Positions 51,490-64,000 of a stretch of DNA of 64,000 nt are shown piece after piece. The notes under the pieces are model-generated. The model worked only from the letters and a program-made list of their open reading frames with translations. It made no database searches and was not told the DNA's origin. The stretch is from Chiloscyllium plagiosum (taxonomy: Eukaryota). Both the position numbers and the translations under genes were made by a program. Numbering within the stretch: the stretch's first letter is position 1; each line of letters begins with the position of its first letter. The stretch spans positions 23,377,217 through 23,441,216 of the forward strand of contig NC_057719.1 of the NCBI RefSeq assembly GCF_004010195.1. The letters are read 5' to 3'.

Positions 51490-52915
51490 CTTCCATTCTA
51501 TTACTGATGATGCCACCTTCTCGAGAGGGGCCTCAGAAATGTCCACAATTTTCCTTAATCAAGAATTCTGCACCATTGCGGTTGATTGGGCTGTTTAGCT
51601 GTGTCTGACCCATTTCCCACACTTTTGCCCTCACCCCCACAGACCAACAGAGTCCCTGGTCTCACTTACCACACCACCAGCCTCCACATCCAAAGGATCA
51701 TTAGCCACTATTTTAGCCACGTCCAACGGGATGCCATTACCAGACACATATTACCCTCCTCTCCCTTGACAGTCTTCTGAAGGAACCATTCCCTCCGGGA
51801 TACCCTCGTCCACTTTGCCTCCATTCCCAAAAACCCCCATGCTCCCATGACACTATCCCTTGCAATCATAGATGGTGCAACACTTGGCCGTTTACATCCT
51901 TCCTCTTCATTCTCCAAGCCGTAGACAACCCCCCCACCCCAACCCCCACCCCCAAAGTAAAACAGTGGTCTACCTGTACTTCCCTCAATCTAGTCTATTG
52001 TATTTGCTGCTCGCAATGCGGTCCTGTCTACACTGGGGAGACAAAATGCAGACTGGGCGACTGATTCACTGAATGCCTATACTCTGTCTGTAAAAATAAC
52101 CTGTGCCTAGCACTTCAACATGCCACCATGTCTCAGGCATGCTGCAGTGATCCAATGAAGCTCAACACAAGCTGGGAGAACAGCATCTCATTTTATACAG
52201 GGAAGTCCTGCAGCCTTCAGGATCAATATTGGGCGGCACGGTGGCACAGTGGTTAGCACTGCTGCCTCACAGCGCCAGAGACCCGGGTTCAATTCCCGCC
52301 TCAGGCGACTGACTGTGTGGAGTTTGCACGTTCTCCCCGTGTCTGCGTGGGTTTCCTCCGGGTGCTCCGGTTTCCTCCCACCATCCAAAGATGTGCAGGG
52401 TCAGGTGAATTGGCCATACTAAATTGCCTGTAGTGTTAGGTAAGGGGTAAATGTAGGGGTATGGGTGGGTTTCGCTTCGGCGGGTCGGTGTGGACTTGTT
52501 GGGCCAAAGGGCCTGTTTCCACACTGTAATCTAATCTAATCTAATCTAAATATTGAGTTCAATAATTTTAAAACCTCAACACTTTTTTACACTGCTGCAC
52601 TCCGGGCCTTCTCATGACGTGGTCTGCTTTCAATCCAGCCAACTCACTTTTACCTATTTATAGTCTCCATTAACAGCTTTTCTTCTTCCTTGGAATACTA
52701 TTATCCAGCCCTTTGTCTGCCCAACTGTTGTGTTCTCTCTTTCTGGGCTCCACCTCTGTCTTTAAGTCCAACCCCTTGTCTTCAGCATATGTATATACCA
52801 TCTTTTCCTGGCAACTGTTAGTTCTGAAGAATGGTTACTGGACTCCAAATGTTAATTCTGCTTTCTCTGACAGATTCTGCCAGACCTGCCGAGTTCCTCT
52901 AGCAGTTTTAGTTTT
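51490..52915 (+). mobile_element. Penelope-like element 3' half (degraded), SINE inserted at endonuclease C-terminus
   Basis: RVPGLTYH, degraded GIY-YIG near 51990-52070, LQPS/INIEFNNF split by SINE, CTGAAGAATGG..CCAAATGTT at 52824. Confidence 0.75.
52231..52548 (+). mobile_element. Young HE1-like V-SINE
   Basis: GGGCGGCACGGTGGCACAGTGG..GGTTCAATTCC, V domain, (TAATC)n tail, TSD AATATT (52225-52230, 52549-52554). Confidence 0.93.
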
Positions 52916-52970
52916 TTGGGGGGAGCTATAGTTATTTGTTTTATTATCCTTCAATTACTTTGGTTTTCAG

Positions 52971-53011
52971 TGCTGAAAGCAAAAATTGAACATGAACTTA
53001 AATATGACGAG
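52971..53011 (+). CDS. Candidate 41-nt coding exon of an unidentified host gene
   Basis: TTTGGTTTTCAG acceptor, GAG|GTAAGT donor, frame LKAKIEHELKYDE. Confidence 0.45.
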
Positions 53012-55665
53012 GTAAGTTCAATTGTTATGAAGAATGATCTTGATATTTGGTTGGTTGAAGCATTTTTCAAAGGCAAGCAAACACAGAAAATAAGTGAAAA
53101 CCAGGGAATAAAAACTGAAAAGTGTTTCCGAATCTTTCTAAAAAGTGAAAACACGCATGACAATTTGGCTTTCAGAAGCCACTGAAATTCATCAAGTTTT
53201 ATTTGGCTTCCTACACCATGTGGTAGCAATTTCTGCATTGTCACAATGCTCTGAGTGAAGAAGGTTCTCTTGAATTCCATCTTGGATTGATTACTGTCTA
53301 TACTTTACCAATGACCTCTAATTTTATACATCCATACTGGTGCAAATAGAAAGCTGTAAAGAGCAAACTCAATGTTTCAGCTTGAGGCCATATTTAATAA
53401 AATGAGTAACATTGCATTCAATACTGTTCAACAGTCTCCAAACTCTAAAGTTTATAGTACTACAGGCTATATATTAAATATTGTACATAATATCTTCCTG
53501 CCCATTTGTTTTAACATGCATTTCATAGAAGTAATCTGCATTAGTTAACATCAATTTATTTTCTTCCATTCCTTTAAAAACTGTTTGCTGTTATCTTACT
53601 GAGTTATAGCAGTTTCCCACATGCCTCTCAGCAGACTGGAACATTTTACTTTAAACTTTAATGATTCTCAGGACTTTAATTCAAATTAAATATCTTCCCC
53701 AGACCTGTGCTAATGCTGATATTATTTTCCTGATCTATGTTCCTCAGCACTTTAAATCTTCGAAACAGTTACAAACCTGCTTCATGAAAGTATTTGCCCA
53801 ACCTTCAGTTGTAAAAATGCTTCTTTTTGTTTAATTATATTTGTTCTCTCTTTCATATGTAACCTTTGAGATACTTTATCTTGTTTCTCATGTTTTATGA
53901 GCTAACGTAAGATTCTTACATGTAATCAATATTACAATGACTTCTTACTATCAAATTCTTGTATACTGATTTATCTTTCTCATTTAATATCTCACATCCC
54001 TCATTATAGCTGCTTACCCTATGGTTATCTTTGTTTCATATCATTCTTCCTATCATCTTGTTTCTCTTCTACTCTGAGTCCAAATGTTTTCCAATCTTAT
54101 TATTTTTTGATTAAATTTCCTTCATCTCTTCCAAATTGTTCACAACTTCCTAGAAAGCCTATTTCAATTTAACTTTTTTATACTTTAAATTAAGTGCTGT
54201 TATGCCAATATTCAGGATAGAGAAACTTTCAACAATTCAACCTCAACTTCTTAATGCCTTCTTAAGAATTGCACGGATTGTATGTAAAGGAGGAAGAAAA
54301 ATCTTTTTTGCTATTGTATCTTGTTGCAGGAAAAATATTTACAAATTAACGGCACTTATTACTCTTAGTTTAGAAAGAAAAATCAATCCATTTACTTGTG
54401 GTGAAACGGAGATATGTGTGAGCTCCAATTCTGCACAAATTTCTGGAATGATCTGTGTCAATTTGCCTCAACAAAACTGAGCAAATTGTAAACTTGCCAT
54501 CAGCAACTCTGGTGAAATTCATTGCATATCATAAAATTGTTAGATTGGCACCATAAATGTGAATTAATCCAATCACCTCTGTTTAGGTAGGCATAATTTA
54601 AAGTGGATGTCTTAGGTGATATACTTTAGGAGAAAAAAAATACAAGTAAATCAAATTACCTGGCATGGAGCAAAATTGGAACATTTGGATGAAGAGTGAT
54701 CTTGGAGTTCAGATGTGCAGTTTCTTGAAAATGTCAAACACATTTCTATGGGTCTGGAATTACATTTAAGGGAGGCGAATTTTCTTCTGAAAAGGACATT
54801 AGTGAATAATGTGGGTTTTTATTATAACTAGCTTTATGTTCCACATTTATTCATTGAATTTAAATGTCACCAGCTGCCATGATGAGATTTAAATCCGTGC
54901 CCCAGAGTATTATCCTGGACCTCTGGGTAACTAACCCAGCAATATTACCACTATAGCTATCACCTTCCTTATGGCAAGTGCAGCAAGATAGGAAATACGG
55001 AGAGACAGAAATTCAATGAGGTTAATTTTAGATTGTGCTAACAAAGTTAGCATAGTCACAATGGAAAAAAACATAAAATCTTTCTGTGCTGTAATCCCCA
55101 ATGGTTTGCATGCATAACAATAATAGAATTTAACTAGGATGGTTGAGGTTCCGCTATGAACGATGAAAGCAGGGGGTAACCCTGTTACAACCCCAGATAA
55201 GACCACCACATTATGTTATAATTTGGCTTTTTTTCAAAAGTAGATTAAGTGTGAGATCCAAAGGACTTACACAGTGAATAAAACCATAAGATTGCAAACA
55301 ACAATAATAGACTTTATTAACAATGTCAGAACAGTGATAAAATCTTCACTGTGTGTACAACTATAACACCCAGAATTAATGTGGTAAATATGGGTAATAA
55401 ACTATGCACGAACATCTCACATCACACAAACAGAAAATGAGATTAAGACAGATCACGCATCTGAGAAATTTCTCTTAGATGGGAATGACATGGTGAATCA
55501 TCAAAACTCATTAAACTTCACAAGGGATTTGTGACTCCCATCCAAGTGCTGCTCTATTATGGACTGCCTCTATATCTGGTCCTTGATCTGTTCTAAATTG
55601 AAAAAAAATCACTATGGAAAAGGTTGCAGCTTGTCCTGAGTGTTACTTTTAAAAAAAAGCTGACT

Positions 55666-55995
55666 TAGAATCATAGTAAATGGGAGCAGAATTAAGCCAT
55701 TTGGTACATTGAACTATACAACATGATCATGGCTGATCCACTATTTCACAGCTACACTCACACTCTCTCTCCATTTCCCATGATACCTTTAACCTCTGGA
55801 AATCTATTTATTCCTTTCTTAAACATATTCACAGCTTCCATGCCCTTCTGTGGTGGAGAATTTCACAGCTTCACTGCCCTCCTTATCTCAGTCCGAAATG
55901 GCCTACCCCCTATACTGTACTGACATGTGATCTCTTGTTCTCTGTCCTCCACCAACAGAAACATTACCCCTGCATCCAATCTGTCCAGCCTGCCA
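55666..55995 (-). mobile_element. Old CR1 3' remnant
   Basis: Degenerate similarity to 57680-58030. Confidence 0.55.
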
Positions 55996-56149
55996 GAACA
56001 GAAGAGGAAAAATAAAGTTCTGAAGAAGAGACATGTCAGACTTGAAATATAATTCTATTTCACTCTCTACAGATGTTGTCAGACCTGCTGAGTTTTTCCA
56101 ACAATTTCTTGTTTTGTTACTATTTGAATATGTTCTGTCATTCTGCCAT

Positions 56150-56712
56150 TTTTGAATACTCTGTGCAATCCTGGTCTCCTATCTATTGGAAGGATATTGT
56201 GAAACTTGAAAGGGTTCAGAGAAGATTTACAAGGATATTGCCAGGGTTGGAGGATTTGAGCTGGAGGGAGAGGCTGAATAGGCTGGGGCTGTTTTACTGG
56301 AGCATCAGAGGCTGATGTGTGATCTTAAAGAGGTTTATAAAATCATGAGGAGCATGGATAGGATAAATAAATTAGGTCTTTTCCCTGTGTTGGGGGGATT
56401 CCAGAGCATAGGTTTAGAGTGAAAGGGGAAAGGTTTAAAAGGGACCTAAAGGGCAGTTTTTTCACACAAAGGGTGGTGTGTATGTGTATGTGTGTGTGTG
56501 TGTAATGAGATACCAGAGGAAGTGGTGGAGGCTGGTACAATTGCAACATTTAAGAGGCACGTGGATGGATACATGAATAGGAAGAGTTTAGAGGGACATG
56601 AGCCAAGTGCTGGCAAATGGGACTGCATTAGGTTAGGGTATCTGGTCAGCATGAATGAGTTGCGCCGAAGGGTCTGTTTCTGTCCTGTACATTTCTATGA
56701 TGCTATGACTCC
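56150..56712 (+). mobile_element. CR1 3' fragment with internal (TG)n expansion
   Basis: [21 protein letters not shown] repeat at ~56477-56503. Confidence 0.88.
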
Positions 56713-56984
56713 AAATTCTAGCCATTGCCTATCCACTGTCATGTCTTTTAATGAAGTTACCCGGTCTATTGCAGCTAACTCACACCATGCCTTTGTCGCT
56801 TTATTTGTTGAGATTTGAGACCCTGGCTTTGGATTGGACTACTTCTCTTTCTATCCCAGTGAAGAAATCTATAATATTATCTTCACACTTTCCTCAAGGA
56901 TCTTACACAACAAGATTATTGTTAACTTCATCTAATTACACAAAAACAAATCTAGGATAACCTGGTCCTCAACAATTTTGTTGA

Positions 56985-59095
56985 CTTACTCATGAGACAT
57001 GGGCATCGCTAGCTGACCAGCATTTATTGCTCTTGAGAAGGTGGTGGTGAGCTGCTTTCTTGAACTGCTGCAGTCCGTGTGCTATAGGTTGACCCACAAG
57101 GCCCTTAAGAAGGGATTTCCAGGAGTTTGATCCAGTGACAGTGAAGGAACAGGGATATACTTGCAGGTCCGGATGATGAGTGGCTTGAAGGAGAACTTGC
57201 AGGTGGTGGTGATCCCACGTATCTGCTGCATTTGTCTTTTTAGATGGAAATGGTCATGGGTTTGGAAAGTGCTATCTAAGGAGTCTTGGTGAATTTCTGC
57301 AGTGCATCTTGTGGTCAGTACACACTGCTACTACTAAGCATCAGTGGTGGAGGGAAATGATTCTTTTGGATGTGATGCAGGCTGCTTTGTCCGGGATGAT
57401 GTCAAGCTTTTTGAGTGTTGATGGAGTTACGCCCACCTAGGCAAGTGGGCAGTATTTCTAACTTGTGCTTTATAAATGGTAGACAGAATTTGGAGAGTCA
57501 GGAGGTGAGTTGCTCGCTGCAGTGATCCTAGCCTCTGACCTGTTGTTGTAAGCACTGTATTTATATGCCAATTCTGGTTGAGTTTCTGGTCAATGATAAT
57601 CCCCAGGGTATTGATAATGGGGGCTATCATAACAATAACATCATTGAATATCAAGGGGATTTGGTTTCATAGTTTTATAGTTTCATAGTAATAGAAGCAG
57701 GAGTAGGCCATTTGGCCCATCGAGCCTACTCCGCCATTCATTAAGATCATGGCGGATCATTCATCTCAGCTCCTCCTACCTGCCTTATTCCCATAACCCT
57801 TAATTACCCTACTATGCAAAAACACATCCCACTGTATCTTGAATATATTTAATGAAGCTGCCTCTACTGCTTCCTTTGACAGAGAATTCCACAGATTCAC
57901 TATTCTCTGGGAAAAGCAGTTCCTCCTCATCTCTGTACTAAATTCACGCCCACTGATCTTGAGGCCATGTCCTCTAGTCCTAGTCTCACCCATGAGTGGA
58001 AACAACTTGCCTATCTCTATCTTACCTATCCCTTTCATAATTTTATATGTTTCTTCTAAATTCTCGCGAGTACAGTCCCAGGCAGCTGAACCTCTCCTCA
58101 GAGGGTAACCCCCCCTCATCTGCAGAATCAACGTGGTGACCCTCCTCTGCACCGTCTCCAAAGCCAGTATATCCTCCTTCAAATAAGGAGACCAGATCTG
58201 CGCACAATACTTCAGGAGCAGCCTCACCAACACCTTGTACAATTGCAGCAGAACCTCCCTGCTCTTAAATTCAATCCCTCTAGCAATGAAAGCCAATATT
58301 CCATTTGCCTTCCTGAATATGTATTGCACCTGTAAATCAACTTTTAACTATTCATGTACAAGCACTCCTAAGTCCCTCTGCACAACAGCACGATGCAATC
58401 TTTCACCACTTAAATAATACTCTGACCTACTATTTTTACTTACAAAGTGGACAACCTCACATTTACCAACATTGTACTCCATCTGCCAGACCTTTGCCCA
58501 TTCACTTAGTCTATCTAAATCTCTCTGCAGACCCTCCACCATCTTCTGCACAGTTTGCCTTTCAACTCAATTTAGGGTCATCTGCAAACTTGGATACAGT
58601 ACATTCGGTCTCCTTTTCCAAATTATTTATCATGAACCTAACCTGGTTAGATTGCCTGTTAATAGAGATAGTCAATGCTTGGCATTTGTGTGACGCAAAC
58701 GTTACTTGCCACTTGTCAGCCCAAGTTTGGATAGTGTCCAGGTCTTCTTACATTTGAATGTGACTGTTTCAGTATCTGAGGTGACGCGAATGGTACTCAA
58801 CATTGTACGATCATCAGCAAATATCCCACACCTGGCCTTATAATGGAGGGAAGGTCATTGTTGAAGCAGCTGAAGATATTTAGGATCTAGGACACTACCT
58901 TGAGGAACTCCTGCAGAGATGGTCTGGGGCTGAGTTGATTGACCTCCAACAACCACAGCCATCTTCCTGTGTACCATGTATGACTCCAGCCAGCAGAGAA
59001 TTTGCCCCCGGATTCCCGTTGATTCCAGTTTTGCTCAGGGTCCTTGATGCCACACTTGGTTGAAGGTGGCCCTGATGTCAAAGGCTGTCACTCTC
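56985..59095 (-). mobile_element. LINE remnant (same family as 22540-22893) interrupted by a CR1 at 57670-58628
   Basis: LGIIIDQKLN..TIYKAQVR (ORF 57427..57654); RT-like remnants 58660-59095. Confidence 0.7.
57670..58628 (-). mobile_element. CR1 LINE 3' fragment
   Basis: ORFs 57766..58329 and 58348..58551. Confidence 0.9.
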
Positions 59096-59399
59096 ACTCT
59101 CCTCTCTCCTCATCTGAAAACAATCTTGCACCCACTCCCGAAATTCATCCACCATAATAGTTACTGCTAATGTGATTTGAGCAGTCAACAAGTGGATTAA
59201 TGACACCAATGATTACTGTAACATCTTTGCTGTATGAATTTTGGTGTCATCTGCAAACTTATTAACTGTACCTCTTACAAAGACAAATGTAAAGCTGAAA
59301 TTGTAAGGGAATTACTCAAAACACAAGTGTGTAAGAGAAACCAACAAGTGCAGTAGAGGTAGAAAAACTTAAATTAGAATTGAGGAAAATGGAGTTACA

Positions 59400-59570
59400 A
59401 GACAAAGAGAGAGAGGGAGAGGAAAGAGAGAGAGACAGAGAGAGAGAAAGTCCTTAGCTGAGTAAAGAGAGGGAGAAGAAAGGGAGAGAGAAAAAGAGAG
59501 AGAAGAGAGAGAAAGAGAGCGATGAGGGAGAGAGAGGGAGAGGGCAAAAAGAAAGAAAAAGAAGGTTCTT
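59400..59570 (+). repeat. GA-rich low-complexity tract within Gypsy gag N-terminus
   Basis: (GA)n-like sequence encoding E/R/K-rich stretch. Confidence 0.8.
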
Positions 59571-62500
59571 AGCTGAGCAAAAAGAGAGAACTTGAGAAGT
59601 TGCAACTTAGTCAGCAGTCAACAGGATGGAGATTAAAAGTGAAGGTAGTGATATATATACAAATATGTTAAAATGTTGCCACATTTTGATGAGAAAAAAT
59701 GTTGAAGACTTCTTTATTTCATTTGAAAAATTGGCTAGGCGGATGGAGTGGTCTGAGGATTTATGGGTAATGCTAGTTCAGAGTAAACTGGTAGACAGAG
59801 TGAGTGAGGTATTTGCCACATTTTCAGATGAGGTATCAAGAGATTATGAAGGGGTTAAACAGGCTATTTTAAGTGCTCATGAATTGGTACCAGAAGCATA
59901 TAGCCAGCGGTTCAGAAACACAAAGAAGGAACCACGTGAGACTTATGTTGAGTTTGAAAGAATTAAACATAGTAATTTTGATAGATGGGTGTGGGTTTTA
60001 AAACTAGATAGGACCTCTGAGGCTCTATGAGAGATTATTCTGTGGAGGAGTTTAAAAACTCACTTCCGGAGATGGTAAGAATTCATGTGGAGGAACAGAT
60101 AGTTCAGGAAGTGAGAAGGGCAGCAGAATTAGCAGATGAGTACATGTTGGTGCATAAGACAAGCTTCCAGCCAGAATTTCATCCTGTGAGGGATAGAAGT
60201 TGTGGGAAGGGGAAATCCTACACTATGAAACCAAGGGTAGAGAGCACTGGTAAGAATTTACCGAAGGATAAAAAAGAAGCCCAAAAGGGTGGAAAGGAGG
60301 TGAAAGGTCTTAGGTGATTCCACTCTGGTAAAGTGGGACATGCAAAGTCACAGTGCTGGTTGTTAAAGAAAGGCACTGTGGGAAAAGATGTGGTAAAAGA
60401 AGCTAAGCCAATGGCATTAGAGAAGGTAGTAAAGAAAACCCCAAGAAGAAACAAGGTGCTGCAGGAGACTGCACAGCCTGGGCAGGGGCTAGTCATGGAG
60501 TTAGTACCTGATCTCTATAAAGAATTTGCCTCTGTGAGTAAAGTTTACTCAGAAAGAACGGGGGGAGAAGGACAAGAAGTTATAATTTTAAGAGATTGAG
60601 GATCTAACCAGTCGCTGAAAGTAAAGGATAAGCAAATATGCACTCTTTCTGATCTGTTACCCAAGACTGTGGTAACTTGTGGGATAGAAATTTAGCATTC
60701 CTCTATGTAAGGTTAGGTTGGAGTGCCAACTCAAGGCTGGGGAAGTTACAGTGGGAGTGGTTCTCAGAGTGTTAGTTCCGGGAATTCAGTTTGTTCTTGG
60801 GAATGATTTGGCAGGATTCAAGGTGGCAGTGACACCCCTTGTTGTGGAGAAGCCCAAGGGAGACCAAGAAACCAAGTAATATCCTGGTATTTTCCCAGAC
60901 TGTGTGTTAACCAGATCCAACTATCATAAGTCACAGCATGAAGCAAAAAGTAAAGAGAAAGATGAAGGAGTTGAGGTTCAGTTCTGTTTGATGTAATGGC
61001 TGAGGAAAAACCTGAACAGGCAGAAGGTCAGGTAGAAGTGCTTAGTCCTGAAAAGCGAAGAGACTTGCAACAGCAAGACAAGACAATAAAAGATATATAT
61101 GTGGATGCATACTCCGAAAAGGAGGCAGAGAATATTCCAGAGGGTTATTATCTAAAAGGTAGAATCCTTAGGCGGAAATGGAGACCACAGCAAATTAGTG
61201 CAGGGCAGAAATGGGCCTAAGTGCATCAGATTGTATTGCCAGTAGCATACAGACAGGAGGTGTTACGGGTACACATGAACTACCTGTAGGAGGTCACCTA
61301 GGGGCATAAAAGACTCAGGCTAAGATACAAAAACATTTTTATTGGCCTGGACAAGGCTATCGTTAACTTTTGCCAAATGTGTCATATGTGCCAAATGGTA
61401 GGTAAGCCACAGGTGGTAATAAAACCAGCACCTTTCTTGCTAATTCCTGCATTTGAAGAACCTTTCACACGGTTATATTTGATTGTGTAGGTCCTCTTCT
61501 GAGGACTAAAAGTGGGAACCAGTACTTGTTAACCATAATGGATGTATCTACCAGATTTCTGGAGGCAATTCCATTACGGAGTATCAAGGCAGAAAGGTGG
61601 TAGAGTAGTTAATAGCTTTCTTCACATGGTCTGAGCTACCCAGAGAGATTCAGTCAGACCGAGGATGTAATTTAAATCAATGTGTATCATTCTGAATCCC
61701 AGGGAGTTTTAGAAAGGTGCCATCAGACCTTGAAAACAATGTTGAGAGCATACTGTCAAGGCTCCCTGAGTGATTGGGATAAAGGTATCCCATTTGTATT
61801 ATTTGCTATTAGAGATGCCCCAAACAAATCTCCTCAGTTCACTCCCTTTGAGTTAATATTCAGGCATAAAGGGAGAGGTCCTTTGAAATTAATTAAAGAA
61901 AAATTGGCAGGACCAAAGTCAGAGATCTCACACTTAGATTATGTATCAGAGGTGAGGAAGAGACTAAATAGAATAAGTGAGTTAGCTAAACAGCAATTAA
62001 AGAGGGCACAGTGTAGAATGAAGCAGGTGGCAGATAAAAACTCTAAGACTCGGACGTTTTCCCGAGTGGATGACATGTTAGTACTGTCACCAGTGATAGA
62101 AAATCCCTTCAAAGCCAGGTTTTGTGGTCTCTATCAAATTGAGAAAAAGTTGAGTTGGGTAAACTATCCAGTAAAGATGCCAGATAGAAATAAAGGTATT
62201 GGGTATGTCATGTGAACATGTTGAAACGGCATTGTACGAGAGAGAAAGAACTGGAGAAATAGGTGTTAGTTACTCCCCCCGCAGAGTGAAAAATCATATC
62301 CAGATGATGTGGATTTTGATGTGCCTCAAAGTAGATTAAAAAATGAAGAAGCCCTTGGGGAGTGGGATAGATTAGTAAGCTATCTGTCTCAGGAGGATAG
62401 AACACAGTTGAAAGATGTATTACTGCAGAATAAGGACATATGTAAGAATCAGATGCAGAGGGCTAATGTTATTGTACATGAAGTAGACGTAGGGAGTACT

Positions 62501-62766
62501 GTTCCGATAAAACAACACCCCTATTGGTTTAATCCTTTCAAAGTCAAACAGGTCCAGAAGGAGGTGGAGGCCATGCTCAACAAGGACATGATTGAACTAA
62601 ACTAGAGAGAATGGAGTTCGTCGATCATCTTAGTTCCCAAACTGGACAGTACTCAACGATTCTGTGTGGATTATCGGAAGCTCAAAGCAGTTATAAAATC
62701 AGACTCATATCCAATTCCTAGATTGGAGGACTGTATCAAGAAAGTCGGACAAGCCCGTTACATCAT

Positions 62767-63074
62767 GGGCGGCACGGTGGCACAGTGGTTAGCACTGCTG
62801 CCTCACAGCGCCAGAGACCCGGGTTCAATTCCCGACTCAGGCGACTGACTGTGTGGAGTTTGCACGTTCTCCCCGTGTCTGCGTGGGTTTCCTCCGGGTG
62901 CTCCGGTTTCCTCCCACAGTCCAAAGATGTGCAGGTCAGGTGAATTGGCCATGCTAAATTGCCCGTAGTGTTAGGTAAAAGGGGTAAATGTAGGGGAATG
63001 GGTGGGTTGCTCTTCAGCGGGTCGGTGTGGACTTGTTGAGCCGAAGGGCCTGTTTCCACACTGTAAGTAATCTA
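62767..63074 (+). mobile_element. Young HE1-like V-SINE inserted in Gypsy RT
   Basis: Near identical to 52231 copy; ATCAT duplicated (62762-62766, 63075-63079); removal restores ARYIIKLDL. Confidence 0.93.
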
Positions 63075-64000
63075 ATCATCAAGTTGGACTTAATGCATGG
63101 TTACTGGCAAGTCCCTTCATCAGAGACGGCGAAAGAAATTTCTGCATTTGTAACCCCAAATGGGCTATATCAGTTTAAAGTGATCCTTTTGGAATGAAGA
63201 ACGCACCCGTCATATTCCAAAGACTCATGAACAGAGTTATGACTGGGTTAACAAACTACACAGTCTATTTGGATGATGTAGAGATCTTTAGTAAGTCCTA
63301 GAAAGATCACATGGTACAGTTGGCAGACTTCTTTGAATCACTATGAGAAGCAAAACTGGTGATAAACGTAAATAAAACTGAATTCGCAAAAGCAGAGGTG
63401 ACATTCTTCGGCCATAACATCGGTCATGGAAGGTTGATCCCACGGAGCGCAAAGACCAAGGCCATCGAGGAATTTCCATGACCCACCTCGAAGAAAGAGG
63501 TGCTTTGATTCTTAGGATTCAATGGATTCTATCAGAAGTTTGTTCCAAACCTCAGCAGTGTAGTGGCATTGTTAACTGATTTGCTGAAGAAGAACACAAA
63601 GTTTCGGTGGACAAAATAATGCCAGGAGACATTCGACCATTTGAAATCAATATTAACCACCAAACTAGTTTTAGCTACACCAAACTTTTCAAATCATTCA
63701 AAGTTGCCATCGATGCTAATGACATAGGAGTTGGAGCTGTACACCTACAGGAAGATGAGGATGGGATTGAACTGCCGGCTGGTTACTTTTCAAAGAAGAT
63801 CAACATCCACCAGAGGAAATACTTCACAATCGAAGAAGAACTACTGAGTTTGGTACTGGCCGCACAACATTGTAATGTGTATGTCACGAACAATGTGTTG
63901 GAGACGGTTGTGTACACGGATCACAATCCGCTTACATTCTTAGAACACTTTAAAGGCAAGAATATGAGTCTATTTTGTTGGAGTCTTATGTTACAGACTT

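Larger units (their letters stand above)
59290..64000 (+). mobile_element. Degraded Gmr1-type Ty3/Gypsy LTR retrotransposon internal region (Gag-PR-IN-RT-RH), no LTR in view
   Basis: SCAN-like Gag (FEKLARRMEW..VKQAIL..LVPEAYSQRFR), knuckle GHAKSQC, protease ILRD*GS ~60590, IN 61270-62200 (YHSESQG, TPFEL), RT 62480-63500 (DYRKL, DSYPIP, YLDD at ~63266), RNase H DANDIGVGA, TDHNPL. Confidence 0.92.

Noticed and set aside
52231..52305. tRNA gene
   Set aside because: tRNA-like A/B boxes are the SINE head, followed by V domain and tail
55180..55660. Possible LTR belonging to the Gypsy element
   Set aside because: No partner copy, PBS or TSD visible; separated from gag by unrelated LINEs

Overview
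Repeat-dense vertebrate genomic DNA, most likely from a cartilaginous fish (shark); this is inferred from HE1/V-SINE-type SINEs, abundant CR1 LINEs and Penelope-like elements. There are two assembly gaps. Main contents: (1) a minus-strand class I (epsilon/gamma-like) endogenous retrovirus at about 2539-8696+. It has both LTRs, a PPT, degraded gag, RNase H and integrase but no protease or RT. In the env position it carries a degraded ORF reading signal peptide / Cys-rich N-glycosylated domain / Thr-rich stalk / EGF-like domain, with no recognisable TM subunit. (2) Many CR1 LINE fragments, including one near full-length copy with nested insertions. (3) Penelope-like remnants plus many short, often palindromic, derivatives carrying minimal hammerhead-ribozyme motifs and 11-15 bp TSDs. 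(4) A Gmr1-type Gypsy element (integrase before RT, SCAN-like Gag) at the right end. (5) A few candidate plus-strand host exons. Two insertion junctions contain short sequence copied from 0.6-0.9 kb away. All calls are from visual reading; no database searches were run and element boundaries are approximate unless a TSD or terminus is quoted.
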